Shown: positions 47,190 through 57,422, counted from the stretch's first letter. The stretch: DNA of 64,000 bases from Patescibacteria group bacterium (GCA_018970245.1 JAGWWT010000003.1:3519-67518); one strand, 5' to 3'. Translations and numbers: made by a program. The notes: a model not told the origin generated them from the sequence alone.

Positions 47190-47271
47190 GGTGATTGGCT
47201 AGATTCTTAATGCCGCAAGTATAGCGCTTCTGCATGGTTTTGCGAGCAAGAGCCGCTAACGCGCATCCATA

Positions 47272-48405
47272 TCACTTATTTCCAGCGTCCTCGAGCGCCT
47301 TGATGCCTGGCAGTGTCCCTTTGGCCAAGAAATCCAGCATCGCTCCGCCGCCAGTAGAGATGAACGTGAATCCATTGAGAAGCCCCAGAGTGTCGATGGC
47401 CGCGAGAGTGTCGCCGCCGCCGACGATCGTCGTCGCGCCGTTCTTCGTGGCGAGAGAGACGAGCTTCGCCAGATCGAGAGTCGGTCCGCGATAGCCGTCC
47501 TCGTAGATCCCGAGCGGCCCGTTCCAGAGTATGAATTTGGCGCCGGCGATCATCTTCCCTAGAGCTTCCAGCGTCTTCGGGCCCGAATCCACGATCTGGT
47601 CGCTCTTGTCGAGCTTGTCCGGATCCTTTATGGCGTTTTCCTTCGTCATGACGTCGAGCGGGATATGGAGCTTAGGATCATCCGCATACGGCGAAAGGTC
47701 TATCTTGCCCTTCGAGACGAGCGATACGCCGATCTCATAGCCCTTGGCGGCGAAGAAGTCGTTCGCCAGAGCGCCGCCGACGAAGATCGAGTCCGCGATC
47801 TGCATGAATTTTGCGAGGAGCGGCAGCTTGGTCTCGAATTTAGCGCCGCCCAGGATGAACAGGAATGGATGAGACGGATGGAATGCCTTGGAAAGGTTGG
47901 CTATCTCCTTCTCGAGCTGGAAGCCTGCATAGCTCGGCAAGTATCTAGGAACGCCGACTATCGAAGCATGCTCGCGATGCGATACGGAAAATGCATCATT
48001 GACGTATATGTCCGCCAATGAAGCCAACTCCTGGGCGAACCTGGAGGCGTTCTCCTTTTCGCCTTCGAACAGGCGGACATTCTCGAGGAGCGCGCATTCC
48101 CCGTCCTTGAGCTCCCCTATGATCTGGTTGGCGGTCCGCCAGTCCTTGACGAAGCTTATCGGCACCCCGAGGCCATTGAGATGCTCAGCGATCGGCTGCA
48201 GAGACTCATTCTTGCCGTCAGCAGATTCCAAGTGGCTGACTAGGATGATGCGCGCGCCGCTCTTGCGCAGGAAATCTATCGTCGGAAGGGTCGACTTTAT
48301 CCTGAAGCCGTCGGCAACGACGCCGTTCCTGACAGGCACATTGAAATCGGCCCTGACCATGACCTTCACTCCTTGGAGATGCGGGATGTCTTTGATGGTT
48401 TTCAT
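47272..48405 (-). CDS. pgk: phosphoglycerate kinase
   Basis: 377 aa, RADFNVPV N-terminus, GGGA C-terminal motif. Confidence 0.92.
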   Translation of the reverse strand: MKTIKDIPHLQGVKVMVRADFNVPVRNGVVADGFRIKSTLPTIDFLRKSGARIILVSHLESADGKNESLQPIAEHLNGLGVPISFVKDWRTANQIIGELKDGECALLENVRLFEGEKENASRFAQELASLADIYVNDAFSVSHREHASIVGVPRYLPSYAGFQLEKEIANLSKAFHPSHPFLFILGGAKFETKLPLLAKFMQIADSIFVGGALANDFFAAKGYEIGVSLVSKGKIDLSPYADDPKLHIPLDVMTKENAIKDPDKLDKSDQIVDSGPKTLEALGKMIAGAKFILWNGPLGIYEDGYRGPTLDLAKLVSLATKNGATTIVGGGDTLAAIDTLGLLNGFTFISTGGGAMLDFLAKGTLPGIKALEDAGNK

Positions 48406-48445
48406 CTGGGATTATTGGAAATGGCGATATCGTCCTCTGCGGCAT

Positions 48446-49219
48446 TCAAGCCTCGTCTACGGCCTTCAAGAGCTCCGCGAATCCAGAGATGCTCACGCTC
48501 TCGCGTCCGACCAGGAGGCCGTCGACTTGCCCCACCTGGATGATATCCGCCGCATTGCGGAAGTTGACCGCGCCCCCATACAGCACAGGGACCTTGAGGC
48601 CAGAATCTCCTCCGAATATGTCCGAGAAGACCTTCTTTACGAAGATCGCCATCTCGCGGATATCCTCAGGCTTCATGGGCTCCTTAGCGCCGATCGCCCA
48701 GACCGGCTCGTAGGCCAAGATCAGGTCCTTGGCGTCATTATTGCTCGTCCCGGCCAAACTCCCCTTGATCTGTTCCCTCAAGAAATCGAATTGCGAGCCG
48801 CTATCGTCGCGGACCTTCTCTCCCACGCAAAGTATCGGCTTCAGGCCTGCATCCAGAGCCATCCTGAGCCTCTTTGAGACATTCTCGTCCGTGTCGCCGG
48901 CTTGGCGCGTCTCAGAATGGCCGATGATGGCGTATTCGGCTCCGAGGTCTTTGAGCATGCCGGCGCTCACTTCTCCTGTATGTGCGCCGGATTCATGGAA
49001 CGAGAGCGATTGCGCGCCCAAATGGAAGTTCGGCGCCTCCGAACGCGAGCTCGCGCCAGTCAGGAACACGAATGGCGGGCAGATGACGACGGTGGACTTG
49101 CTCAGTCCGGCCGCCGCCTGGCGCGCTGTCTTGGCGATCTTCTTGGCTTCCGACGCGCTTTGCGGGTTCATCTTCCAATTCCCGACGATCAGGCGCTTTT
49201 CTGGCTTTTTCATGCGCAC
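48446..49219 (-). CDS. tpiA: triosephosphate isomerase
   Basis: LIVGNWKMN, IGHSETR, GGAV motifs. Confidence 0.92.
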   Translation of the reverse strand: MRMKKPEKRLIVGNWKMNPQSASEAKKIAKTARQAAAGLSKSTVVICPPFVFLTGASSRSEAPNFHLGAQSLSFHESGAHTGEVSAGMLKDLGAEYAIIGHSETRQAGDTDENVSKRLRMALDAGLKPILCVGEKVRDDSGSQFDFLREQIKGSLAGTSNNDAKDLILAYEPVWAIGAKEPMKPEDIREMAIFVKKVFSDIFGGDSGLKVPVLYGGAVNFRNAADIIQVGQVDGLLVGRESVSISGFAELLKAVDEA

Positions 49220-49282
49220 TATTGTACCCCGATACCGCCGCTTGGTACAATCTGGCTAATGTCGACCTCCCACGGAAAATCC

Positions 49283-49747
49283 ATGCGGTCCGCGCGGCAT
49301 AGCGGCTTCACCCTGATAGAGATCTTGGTTGTCATAGCCATCTTCCTCGCGCTCCTAGGCGTGAGCTTGTATTCGTATTTCAACGCGCGGTCGTCTGCGC
49401 CGATGAAGCCGATAGCCGACGGCATAGTCTTCACGCTCGAACGGGCCAAGGCAGATGCATTAGCCGGCAAGAATGGCTCGGGGGCCGGCGTATACTTCGC
49501 CAGCTCCAGCTATACGTATTTCAGCGGCGATTCGTATGATCCCAGCGCCTCCGACGATCAGACCACCACCCTGCCATCCGAATACGTCATAAACTACACC
49601 CTGCTTTCAGGCTCTTCCATAGTATTCTCCCATCTGACCGGATCCCCCAACGCTTCGACTACCATAACTGTCACCGATACCGAGAACGCCTCTAACACCA
49701 AGATCATCGGAGTGGGGACAGACGGAGACATCACCGTGATACAATAA
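49283..49747 (+). CDS. type IV pilin-like protein (prepilin leader MRSARHSG|FTLIEILVV)
   Basis: Class III signal peptide with G|FTLIE cleavage/methylation motif; Ser/Thr-rich body. Confidence 0.7.
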   Translation: MRSARHSGFTLIEILVVIAIFLALLGVSLYSYFNARSSAPMKPIADGIVFTLERAKADALAGKNGSGAGVYFASSSYTYFSGDSYDPSASDDQTTTLPSEYVINYTLLSGSSIVFSHLTGSPNASTTITVTDTENASNTKIIGVGTDGDITVIQ

Positions 49748-49753
49748 CGGTGA

Positions 49754-50266
49754 ATGACCAAACGCTTCCGAGGACATCTCCGCGCTGACGGTTTTTCTCT
49801 AGTCGAGCTCCTTATAGCTACGGCGATAGTCGTAAGCGTCGTCACGGCCGCATCAGGAGCTTGGCAGCTGTATCTCCGCCTTTCGAATCAGGCGGCGGGA
49901 ATGACCCAGGCCTCGCTCCTGGCAGAAGAAGGGGTCGAGGCCATGAATCTACTCCGGGACCAGGGGTGGGCTGCGAATATCGCGCCCCTTTCGCTGGATA
50001 CGCCCTACTATCTCTATTACAGCACTAGCACCTATAGCTACGGATTCTCTGCCTCTCCGGTCATAATACCAGGCGGCTACACCCGCACTGTCACCCTATA
50101 TGCGGTGAATCGCGATCCCACGACATACGATATCACCAGCACGTCGACTTCTTGCTCTAGCTGCGATGCAGGCACTCGAGACGCGCTCGTATCGGTCTAT
50201 GAAGGAAGCTCGACGGTCCCGGTCATGGAAGATGAGACTCTCATACACAATGTCTTCAATAATTAG
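49754..50266 (+). CDS. type IV pilin/pseudopilin-like protein
   Basis: GFSLVELLIATAIV N-terminal motif. Confidence 0.65.
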   Translation: MTKRFRGHLRADGFSLVELLIATAIVVSVVTAASGAWQLYLRLSNQAAGMTQASLLAEEGVEAMNLLRDQGWAANIAPLSLDTPYYLYYSTSTYSYGFSASPVIIPGGYTRTVTLYAVNRDPTTYDITSTSTSCSSCDAGTRDALVSVYEGSSTVPVMEDETLIHNVFNN

Positions 50267-50768
50267 AAAACCCAAGAATGGCTTCACGCTGGTCGAGGTC
50301 CTGGTATATATCTTCGGCCTGGTCCTATTGGTAGGCGCCATCTCCGGATTCCTTTACTACGTTTACGGCTGGTACAGGGCGGTGACAGTGGCTCCCAGAG
50401 CCGATCAAGTCGCCATCTCCCTCATCACGAAGCTAGAGTATGACCTGCACTCCGGCAGCACCATCTCGACGATCACTTCCGCTTCGTCGGCGCAGGGGTC
50501 GACTACCATAGTCTCGACTGTGAATTCCGTCTCGACGACTACGACCTACGCCTTGGTCGGCAACAGGATGACATGGCAGCAGAATGGGGGCCCGATAGAA
50601 TACCTCACGCCATCGGACATATCAGTGACAGGCTTCTACCTGACCAAGCTGACGACGCCTGAGTCCACAGCCGTGCGTTTCGAGATCGACCTCTCATACG
50701 ATTCCTCTCATGCCACGACGACCACCGCATATGACGGCCTGGCCATTCTGGATCAATCATACCAATGA
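50250..50768 (+). CDS. type IV pilin-like protein
   Basis: MSSIIRKPKNG|FTLVEVLV motif. ATG at 50250, 17-nt overlap with the previous pilin. Confidence 0.65.
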   Translation: MSSIIRKPKNGFTLVEVLVYIFGLVLLVGAISGFLYYVYGWYRAVTVAPRADQVAISLITKLEYDLHSGSTISTITSASSAQGSTTIVSTVNSVSTTTTYALVGNRMTWQQNGGPIEYLTPSDISVTGFYLTKLTTPESTAVRFEIDLSYDSSHATTTTAYDGLAILDQSYQ

Positions 50769-52075
50769 AGACGAGCCTCAAAAAAAGATCCGGCGGCTAC
50801 GTGATCATACTCCTGACTTTGCTGTTCATCAGCATCACGCTCGCCATCGCCATGTATGCCGGAGCGCCCATTCTCGCCCACTACTCATCTTCAGCCGGAT
50901 TCGTCGCCTCGAAACAGGCCTTCGGCGCAGCTCAAGCCGCGGCAGATGAGGCGCTGTATCGCGTGAAAACCGGGCAGAACATGCCCTCGACCGTGAACAT
51001 CTCGCTCGGGACAGGATCATCCACCATCCTCACCCAAAGCGGAGCCAATACTAAATCGATAACGATCGAGAGCAGCCAAGGAAACTACCAGAGGGACTTC
51101 CATATGGATCTCGTACTGGGCACCGGCATCTCGTTCCATTATGGGATCCAGTCCGGGAATGGCGGATTCTATCTGACGAACAGCTCTAGCGTGACCGGCA
51201 ACATCTTCTCGTCTGGGTCTGTGATCGGATCCGGTAACACGATAGCGGGCGACGTGATATCGGCCGGGGCTTCTGGCTTGATCAGCGGCATAACCGCTAC
51301 AGGGACGGCTTATGCCCACACTATCCAGAATTCCACGATCCAGAACGCCGCTCATTATATGGTCATCGATCCCAATACGACGGTCGGAGGATCGCCATGC
51401 CCCAATGCGAACTGCTACCCGAACAGCTCCGACCTGCCGACCGAGCCGCTGCCGATAAGCGATGCGCAGATAAGCCAGTGGGAAAGCGACGCAGCCGCAG
51501 GCGGGACTGCTTCGTGTTCCAGCGGCGCGTACACGATATCGTCGGATATGAGCATAGGGCCACTGAAGATACCGTGCGACCTGGCTATAAAGAACTCGAC
51601 CGTGACCATCACCGGGCCCATATGGGTGACTGGGAACATCGATATCAAGGGCTCGACGGTGCAGATGTCCAGCAGCCTGAACAGCCAGAATGTGGCCATA
51701 ATAGCTGACAATCCTTCTAACACTACCGGCAGCGGCATCATAAGCGTCGACACCAGCTCCCAATTCTATGCCGCAGGTTGCCCGAACTCGTGCGTCCCTG
51801 GCGCATATGTCTTCCTCATCTCCCAGAACAACAGCGCCGAGACTGGCGGCTCGACTGCGGCCATAACGCCTGGCCAGAGCTCTAGCGGCCTCATAACCTA
51901 CGCCTCGCACGGCCAGATAAACGTCGGGCAGAGCGTACACCTGAAGGAGGTCACCGCATACAAGATCGTCATCTCGAACACGGCGAACGTCACATATGAT
52001 TCTGGGCTTGGCAGCTCGCTCTTCGAATCCGGCCCAGGCGGCGCATATACTCTCGTGGATTGGTACGAATACTAG
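50765..52075 (+). CDS. large pilus-associated protein (PilX/minor-pilin-like N-terminal helix, Ser/Thr/Gly-rich beta-rich body)
   Basis: N-terminal hydrophobic helix GGYVIILLTLLFISITLAIAMY and a 436-aa Ser/Thr-rich body; translationally coupled to the pilin genes. Confidence 0.5.
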   Translation: MKTSLKKRSGGYVIILLTLLFISITLAIAMYAGAPILAHYSSSAGFVASKQAFGAAQAAADEALYRVKTGQNMPSTVNISLGTGSSTILTQSGANTKSITIESSQGNYQRDFHMDLVLGTGISFHYGIQSGNGGFYLTNSSSVTGNIFSSGSVIGSGNTIAGDVISAGASGLISGITATGTAYAHTIQNSTIQNAAHYMVIDPNTTVGGSPCPNANCYPNSSDLPTEPLPISDAQISQWESDAAAGGTASCSSGAYTISSDMSIGPLKIPCDLAIKNSTVTITGPIWVTGNIDIKGSTVQMSSSLNSQNVAIIADNPSNTTGSGIISVDTSSQFYAAGCPNSCVPGAYVFLISQNNSAETGGSTAAITPGQSSSGLITYASHGQINVGQSVHLKEVTAYKIVISNTANVTYDSGLGSSLFESGPGGAYTLVDWYEY

Positions 52076-52094
52076 GAACGGGCGCCGGTCGACT

Positions 52095-53318
52095 CTAGTG
52101 GATGGCGTTCACCAGCGAGTACATCGGCTCGATCATAGATACAGCGAAGAACCCGACTGCCGAGCCGATGATGATCATCAAGACCGGCTCGATGATGGTC
52201 GACATGTTCTTGGTCTTCTGGTCGACATCGTCCTCATAGTATTTGGCGACGCCCAAGAGCATGTCGGCGGTCTTGCCGGTCTCCTCTCCGACGGAGATCA
52301 TCTCTGAAAAGAAAGGCGGGTAGAGCTTCTCGTTCTGGCTGAAGATCTTGGACATGAGCTCGCCTTTGCCTATGGCTTGGCCGGCCTTCTGCAGGATCGC
52401 TTTGAAATGGACGTTCTGGACTACGCCCGCCGTTATGTTGACCGATTCGACGACATCCACTCCCGATGACAGGAGCGACGAGAGGGTCCGAGCGGTCCTG
52501 GCGGAGTTCACTTCCTGGACGAGACCGCCGATGACGGGGATCTTGAGCAGGAGAAGATGGTTCACAATCTTCCCTTTCGGCTTCTTGGACCAGTAAACGA
52601 AGGCGCCAGCCAGAACGATCAGTACGAGAGCGAGGAGGATGCCGTCATGCTGGACAAGATCGGCGACGAACAGGACTATGCGCGTAGGAAGCGGCAATTC
52701 GACGCCCATATCTGTGAACGTCTTCAAAAGGACCGGGATCACGAAGACTAGCATCAAGATAGCGATGATCACCATAGCCGTTATGATCACGCACGGATAT
52801 ATTAGGGCTCCGCGGACGCGCTTCGTCAGGGCATAGGAGTTGTCCATCTGATTGGCGATCACTTTCAGCGCGTCAGCCAATCCTCCGCTCTGCTCGCCAG
52901 CATGGACCATGGACACGAACAAGGGCGCGAATATCTTGGGGTGCTTGGCGAGCGCGTCGGAGAACGTGCTGCCTTTGTCGACATCGGCGATGAGATCCTT
53001 TATCACGCCCTTCAGGTTCTTATTGCCGCTCTGGCGCTCGAGCACGCCGAGCGCTCTCGATAGAGGCAGGCCAGCCTCTATCATGGAGCCGAGGTTCCTG
53101 GCGAATTGGATCTTGAGATCGGTCTTCACGCCGGAACCGAATGATCCGATCTTCATATTCAGATGTATGCCGCCAGCGCGCTTCTTTTCTGTGAGCGAGA
53201 TCAGCTCGTCTCCGCTGTCGTGGAGGAGCTTGTAGAGCTCATAACGGTCGGCGGCCTCTTTTTCGCCGCTGTATGTCTCGCCATTCTGGTGCTTCGCTTT
53301 GTAGATGAAATGCGACAT
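52095..53318 (-). CDS. pilC: type IV pilus/T2SS inner-membrane platform protein PilC/GspF
   Basis: 407 aa with two GspF repeats and 3 TM. Confidence 0.85.
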   Translation of the reverse strand: MSHFIYKAKHQNGETYSGEKEAADRYELYKLLHDSGDELISLTEKKRAGGIHLNMKIGSFGSGVKTDLKIQFARNLGSMIEAGLPLSRALGVLERQSGNKNLKGVIKDLIADVDKGSTFSDALAKHPKIFAPLFVSMVHAGEQSGGLADALKVIANQMDNSYALTKRVRGALIYPCVIITAMVIIAILMLVFVIPVLLKTFTDMGVELPLPTRIVLFVADLVQHDGILLALVLIVLAGAFVYWSKKPKGKIVNHLLLLKIPVIGGLVQEVNSARTARTLSSLLSSGVDVVESVNITAGVVQNVHFKAILQKAGQAIGKGELMSKIFSQNEKLYPPFFSEMISVGEETGKTADMLLGVAKYYEDDVDQKTKNMSTIIEPVLMIIIGSAVGFFAVSMIEPMYSLVNAIH

Positions 53319-53349
53319 GTTAGTGAAAAAAGATACCTGATACTGGATG

Positions 53350-55098
53350 CTACTCCGACACCACTCGCAACACTTCCTCGATCGTCGTTATCCCGGCCGC
53401 GCATTTGAATATGCCGTCTTCGAGCATGGTGAGCATGCCCTCTTTCTTGGCCTGATCTTCGATCTGCGCGGAGGTGGCATTCTTCATGATGAGGTCGCGT
53501 ATGGCCGGGGACATCTTTAGGACTTCATGCACTCCGCTCCGGCCCTTGAAACCGTCGTTGTCTCCGGCCGCCACCGGCTTCCAGAACGGGATATCGGCCC
53601 AGCCGTCTCCGGATTTGATTATCTTCTCCGCTTTCAAGGCTTCCAAGACTCGCGACAGATCCCCGAGCTTTTCGAGCTGGGCCAGCTCGGCCTTCGAAAG
53701 GGTGTATTTCTCCCTGGAATCCGTAAGCCTCCTCACGAGCCTCTGTCCGATCACGATATCTATGGTGGATGCGAGCAGGAACGGCTCGACCTTCATATCC
53801 AAGAGGCGCGGGATGGCTCCAGCGGCGGAATTGGTGTGCAAGGTCGAGAGCACTAGGTGGCCCGTGAGGGCCGCATTGACGGCCAAAGCGGCGGTCTCGT
53901 CGTCGCGGATCTCGCCGACCATGATTATGTCCGGGTCTTGTCGGACCAGAGTGCGTATGCCTTGGGCGAATGTGAAGCCGATCTCCGGCCTGACATTGGT
54001 CTGGTTGATGCGCGGCATCTGGTATTCGATCGGGTCCTCGATCGTCGAGATGTTCACGTCTGGCGTGTTCAGGATGTCGAGCATCGTATACAGCGTCGTC
54101 GTCTTTCCCGATCCGGTAGGGCCAGTGGTCAATATCATGCCTGTATCCTGCTTCAGGGCCCAATGGATGCGTTCCAGCGTCTCGCCGTGGAATGTCAGGA
54201 ATTCGAGAGTGTACCCGGAGATGGCGTCCCGCAATAGGCGCATGACGATCTTTTCGCCATAGTAAGTCGGCAGGATCGAGACGCGGAACGAGACTTTCTC
54301 ATCGGACATGTCGACTTTGAAGCGGCCGTCCTGTGGCAGGCGCTTCTCGTCGAGCTTGAGATTGGAAAGGACCTTTATGCGAGCGGAGACAGAGGGGCCG
54401 GCTTGGCGCGGCAGGACCATGGCATCGTGGAGGAGGCCATCTATGCGGTACCTGACGAGGACCTGGTCTTCCATGGGCTCGATATGGATGTCCGACGCGT
54501 TCTGGAGGATGGCGTGCTTGATCAATGTGTCGACGATGCGCACGACGGGCAGGTCTTCGGCGATCTTCTTGAGATCGGCCTCGGAAGCGGCTTCGCCCTT
54601 CTCCTCCGAAAGCATCTTGAGGGTCTCCGTCTCCTTCTGGATGATGTCGCCGAACTCCGCTTTGAGGCTCTTCTGGTACTGGACCAGCACTTCCTTTATG
54701 GAATCAGTGTCCGTGAGCCGAGGAAGGATCTTGAGGTTCACCTTCTTCTTTATGAAATCGATGGCCGAAAGGTCGTTCACGTCGAGCATGGCCACCTCGA
54801 GCGTCAGGTCCGTCTTCTTGAAAGCGACGATATTGTGGCTCCTGGCGATAGGCTCCGGGATGAGAGAAAGCGTCTCGAAAGGTATCTTCTTGTTCTTGAG
54901 GTCCACGAATGGGATGCCGAGGACATATGCCTGCATCCGCCTCAGGTTGTCAGCCGTGATCTTCCCAGCCTTGACCAGAACATCGCCAAGGCGCTTGTTC
55001 TTCTTTTCCGATTCGGCTTTGGCCGAATCCAGGTCCTCATGCGTGACCAACCCTGAATCGAGGATGAATTTGTAAAGCTGGGCGTCTTCGACGAACAT
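53350..55098 (-). CDS. pilB: type IV pilus assembly ATPase PilB/GspE
   Basis: Walker A GPTGSGKTTTLY, Asp/His boxes, N-terminal GSPII domain. Confidence 0.9.
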   Translation of the reverse strand: MFVEDAQLYKFILDSGLVTHEDLDSAKAESEKKNKRLGDVLVKAGKITADNLRRMQAYVLGIPFVDLKNKKIPFETLSLIPEPIARSHNIVAFKKTDLTLEVAMLDVNDLSAIDFIKKKVNLKILPRLTDTDSIKEVLVQYQKSLKAEFGDIIQKETETLKMLSEEKGEAASEADLKKIAEDLPVVRIVDTLIKHAILQNASDIHIEPMEDQVLVRYRIDGLLHDAMVLPRQAGPSVSARIKVLSNLKLDEKRLPQDGRFKVDMSDEKVSFRVSILPTYYGEKIVMRLLRDAISGYTLEFLTFHGETLERIHWALKQDTGMILTTGPTGSGKTTTLYTMLDILNTPDVNISTIEDPIEYQMPRINQTNVRPEIGFTFAQGIRTLVRQDPDIIMVGEIRDDETAALAVNAALTGHLVLSTLHTNSAAGAIPRLLDMKVEPFLLASTIDIVIGQRLVRRLTDSREKYTLSKAELAQLEKLGDLSRVLEALKAEKIIKSGDGWADIPFWKPVAAGDNDGFKGRSGVHEVLKMSPAIRDLIMKNATSAQIEDQAKKEGMLTMLEDGIFKCAAGITTIEEVLRVVSE

Positions 55099-55246
55099 AT
55101 CGCTCCTATTGTACCAAAATCCGCGTCAAAATGGGCATGCCCAGGCATTGTTCATAGCCGGCTTTCAGATGAAAAAACCGCGAGCCAGAGAGGCCCGCGG
55201 GCGAAGCGCTGATGAAGCAAGCTGTTATCGGGACGTCAGGCAGACA

Positions 55247-55882
55247 TCACACCGGTTCCGATCCGTGCGGATGGTTCCAGAGGACCAGCCCGCACTCCTT
55301 CGGCACCTCTAGTCGCCTGGAATACACGTGGGCATGGACTTGGAAGTCGAACCCGTCCACAGGCCGGTGTATGGCCAGTATGCTGGGGACTTTGCGCGGG
55401 TCGTCCTCGAGCGGCTTATGGAGGACCAACAGCCACTCGAATCCGAGCGATTCCAGATCCGCGTCCGAGATCAGCAGCCTTAACGGCAGGCAGACCTCTG
55501 GGAACGGCAGGCTGAATCCGAGGACATCGGCCACGGCTTCGACGCTGTCGATGTCGAGCCGATCGTTCTCCAGCATCCCTACGGCCGGGAGGACGATAAG
55601 ATCATGATGGAACCAGCGTCCCATCATCTCTTTGTTCTCCGGCGTGACCTCTCCGAAACGAGGATGCGCGAATACGGCCTTTGCTTCTGGACTGACGCTG
55701 ACGCCATTCCTTGCCGCAAGCTCCAGGAGGGCGTCCCCCCGGAGCGGCAGCAAGCCTGCCGTCGGGACGCGCACAGACCATTGCCCGCGTATCTCAGACC
55801 AAATGCGGCAATCCTGGTGCCATAACCGCGCTCCTCGCACGGCTTTGCTCTCATCTGCTTCTAATGTGCTCATGATACTCAT
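55247..55882 (-). CDS. hypothetical protein upstream of pilB
   Basis: 211 aa; I recognise no motifs. Confidence 0.4.
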   Translation of the reverse strand: MSIMSTLEADESKAVRGARLWHQDCRIWSEIRGQWSVRVPTAGLLPLRGDALLELAARNGVSVSPEAKAVFAHPRFGEVTPENKEMMGRWFHHDLIVLPAVGMLENDRLDIDSVEAVADVLGFSLPFPEVCLPLRLLISDADLESLGFEWLLVLHKPLEDDPRKVPSILAIHRPVDGFDFQVHAHVYSRRLEVPKECGLVLWNHPHGSEPV

Positions 55883-56161
55883 CGTTACCTTTCGTTCTTC
55901 AGTCCTTGTACGGCAGCGATGACTTAATCAGGTCCATTGAACTGCGCCAACAGATCCAACGGATACTGCGTATAATTCTAACAGATCTGTCAAAAAGTCA
56001 AGGCCGGCGGATGCGTGAATAAGCTGTGGTTTTCATGTGAATAGCCGAGCCGCAGCCGGACCTCTTTACAAATTTAAAATTTGTGGTAATATCCATCGCG
56101 GCCCGCCTTCATAGGCGGAAAACAAAATAACGACAGAAAGTCAGAACATTGGAAATAAAGT

Positions 56162-57175
56162 ATGAGATCGAAAATCACTTCGGTATTGACAGCGGCCGTC
56201 TTAGCCGCGTCCGTGGCCCTGGCATTTAACGCCAAAGCTGATACTAACATGCAATATGTGGCTCGTCTCCGCCCTGGCGTGAACGTCAAGATGGAATGCG
56301 CCGTGCTGGAGAATCAAGCCATCTCTGCGGGACCGACGGTATTATGCATATCAGGGCTCGCCCACAATGGCGAAACATTCCGACAGCTCGCCGAAGACCT
56401 CATGGCCAAAGGCGCGAAGCGCGCCATCCTATTCGAGCTTCCAGGCCGTGAAGGCAGCGGTTTGCCATTCGGACGGAACGATGCGCCGGAGTTCGGCGAT
56501 CTGACCGTCGAGGATTATGCCAATGCAGTCATAGACTGCTTGACCCAGTGTGAGGAGCAGGGCACCCCTGTCTCGGTCATAGTCGCCCATTCTATGGGCG
56601 GTCTGATCGTCCAGGTCGCCCAGGAAAAGCTCCTGTCGAGCGGATCCTCGCTTCATTGCGCTTACGGCGTCAATGAAGCCGTACTGCTGTCCAGCGCCCC
56701 GCCGGCGGGAGTGGTCAACCCCGTATTCGAGGCTGGAGCAGGGACCCAGTTGGTCAACGCGTTCGCCACAGATGTACCAGGTCTAGGCCACATAGTCTAC
56801 GTGCCATCCTCCTACATCCCCCTGCTATTCATGTCCTATCCTCTATATCAGCCGGTGGCCGACGCGGTCTCCCAAGACCAACTCGACGCGCTAGCTCCTT
56901 ACGAGGAATCGTATGCGGCCTCGATAGAGACCGCTGGGCCGAGCTCAGAGCGGCCGACGGTGCGCGCCGGCGCTTTCTCTTCAGCCAATGGCACTGCGCT
57001 CCAAGTGATCGTCGGATCGGAAGACGTGTTCAACACGGCTTCCGTCCAGCAGTCCTTGTCTGACTATCTCACGGGCGCTTCGCAGCCGATCACCGTCATA
57101 TCCGCCGGTTCGCCGGTCCATGATCAGTACTGGACCGAACCCGATCAAGTGGCCGCCGCTATCGATCTGAACTAA
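56162..57175 (+). CDS. secreted alpha/beta hydrolase (lipase/esterase-like)
   Basis: Signal peptide, nucleophile elbow AHSMGG. Confidence 0.7.
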   Translation: MRSKITSVLTAAVLAASVALAFNAKADTNMQYVARLRPGVNVKMECAVLENQAISAGPTVLCISGLAHNGETFRQLAEDLMAKGAKRAILFELPGREGSGLPFGRNDAPEFGDLTVEDYANAVIDCLTQCEEQGTPVSVIVAHSMGGLIVQVAQEKLLSSGSSLHCAYGVNEAVLLSSAPPAGVVNPVFEAGAGTQLVNAFATDVPGLGHIVYVPSSYIPLLFMSYPLYQPVADAVSQDQLDALAPYEESYAASIETAGPSSERPTVRAGAFSSANGTALQVIVGSEDVFNTASVQQSLSDYLTGASQPITVISAGSPVHDQYWTEPDQVAAAIDLN

Positions 57176-57206
57176 TCAGAGCGTCCTAACGCCATATCAT
57201 CCATAG

Positions 57207-57236
57207 CCCGTCTCGCTCCTCGAGACGGGTTTTTTC
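57207..57236 (+). terminator. rho-independent terminator after the lipase gene
   Basis: CCCGUCUCG-CUCCU-CGAGACGGG followed by UUUUUUCUUGCAUUUUU. Confidence 0.8.
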
Positions 57237-57310
57237 TTGCATTTTTCCATAGATATGGTATGCTTTGGTCCATCAAGCACATGTTCGCCGGAAAGCGGAC
57301 ATTTTTATTA

Positions 57311-57383
57311 GGTTACAGGTAGCAGGTAGAAAAATGCAACTTGTAACTTGTCACTTGCAACCTGCCACTTGTCGCCTGCAACT
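57311..57383. repeat. heptad-array palindromic element, locus G (upstream of nusA)
   Basis: ggttacaggtagcaggtagaaaaatgcaacttgtaacttgtcacttgcaacctgccacttgtcgcctgcaactg. Confidence 0.7.
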
Positions 57384-57422
57384 GTCGAAAATTTAATAAC
57401 AATCGAATAACAACTAAATATC

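Noticed and set aside
9133-57383. CRISPR array hypothesis for the repeated GTTACAGGT-type sequences
   Set aside because: Units are 7 nt with no unique spacers. They are arranged as inverted arms rather than repeat-spacer-repeat, and each locus is a single element at a gene junction.
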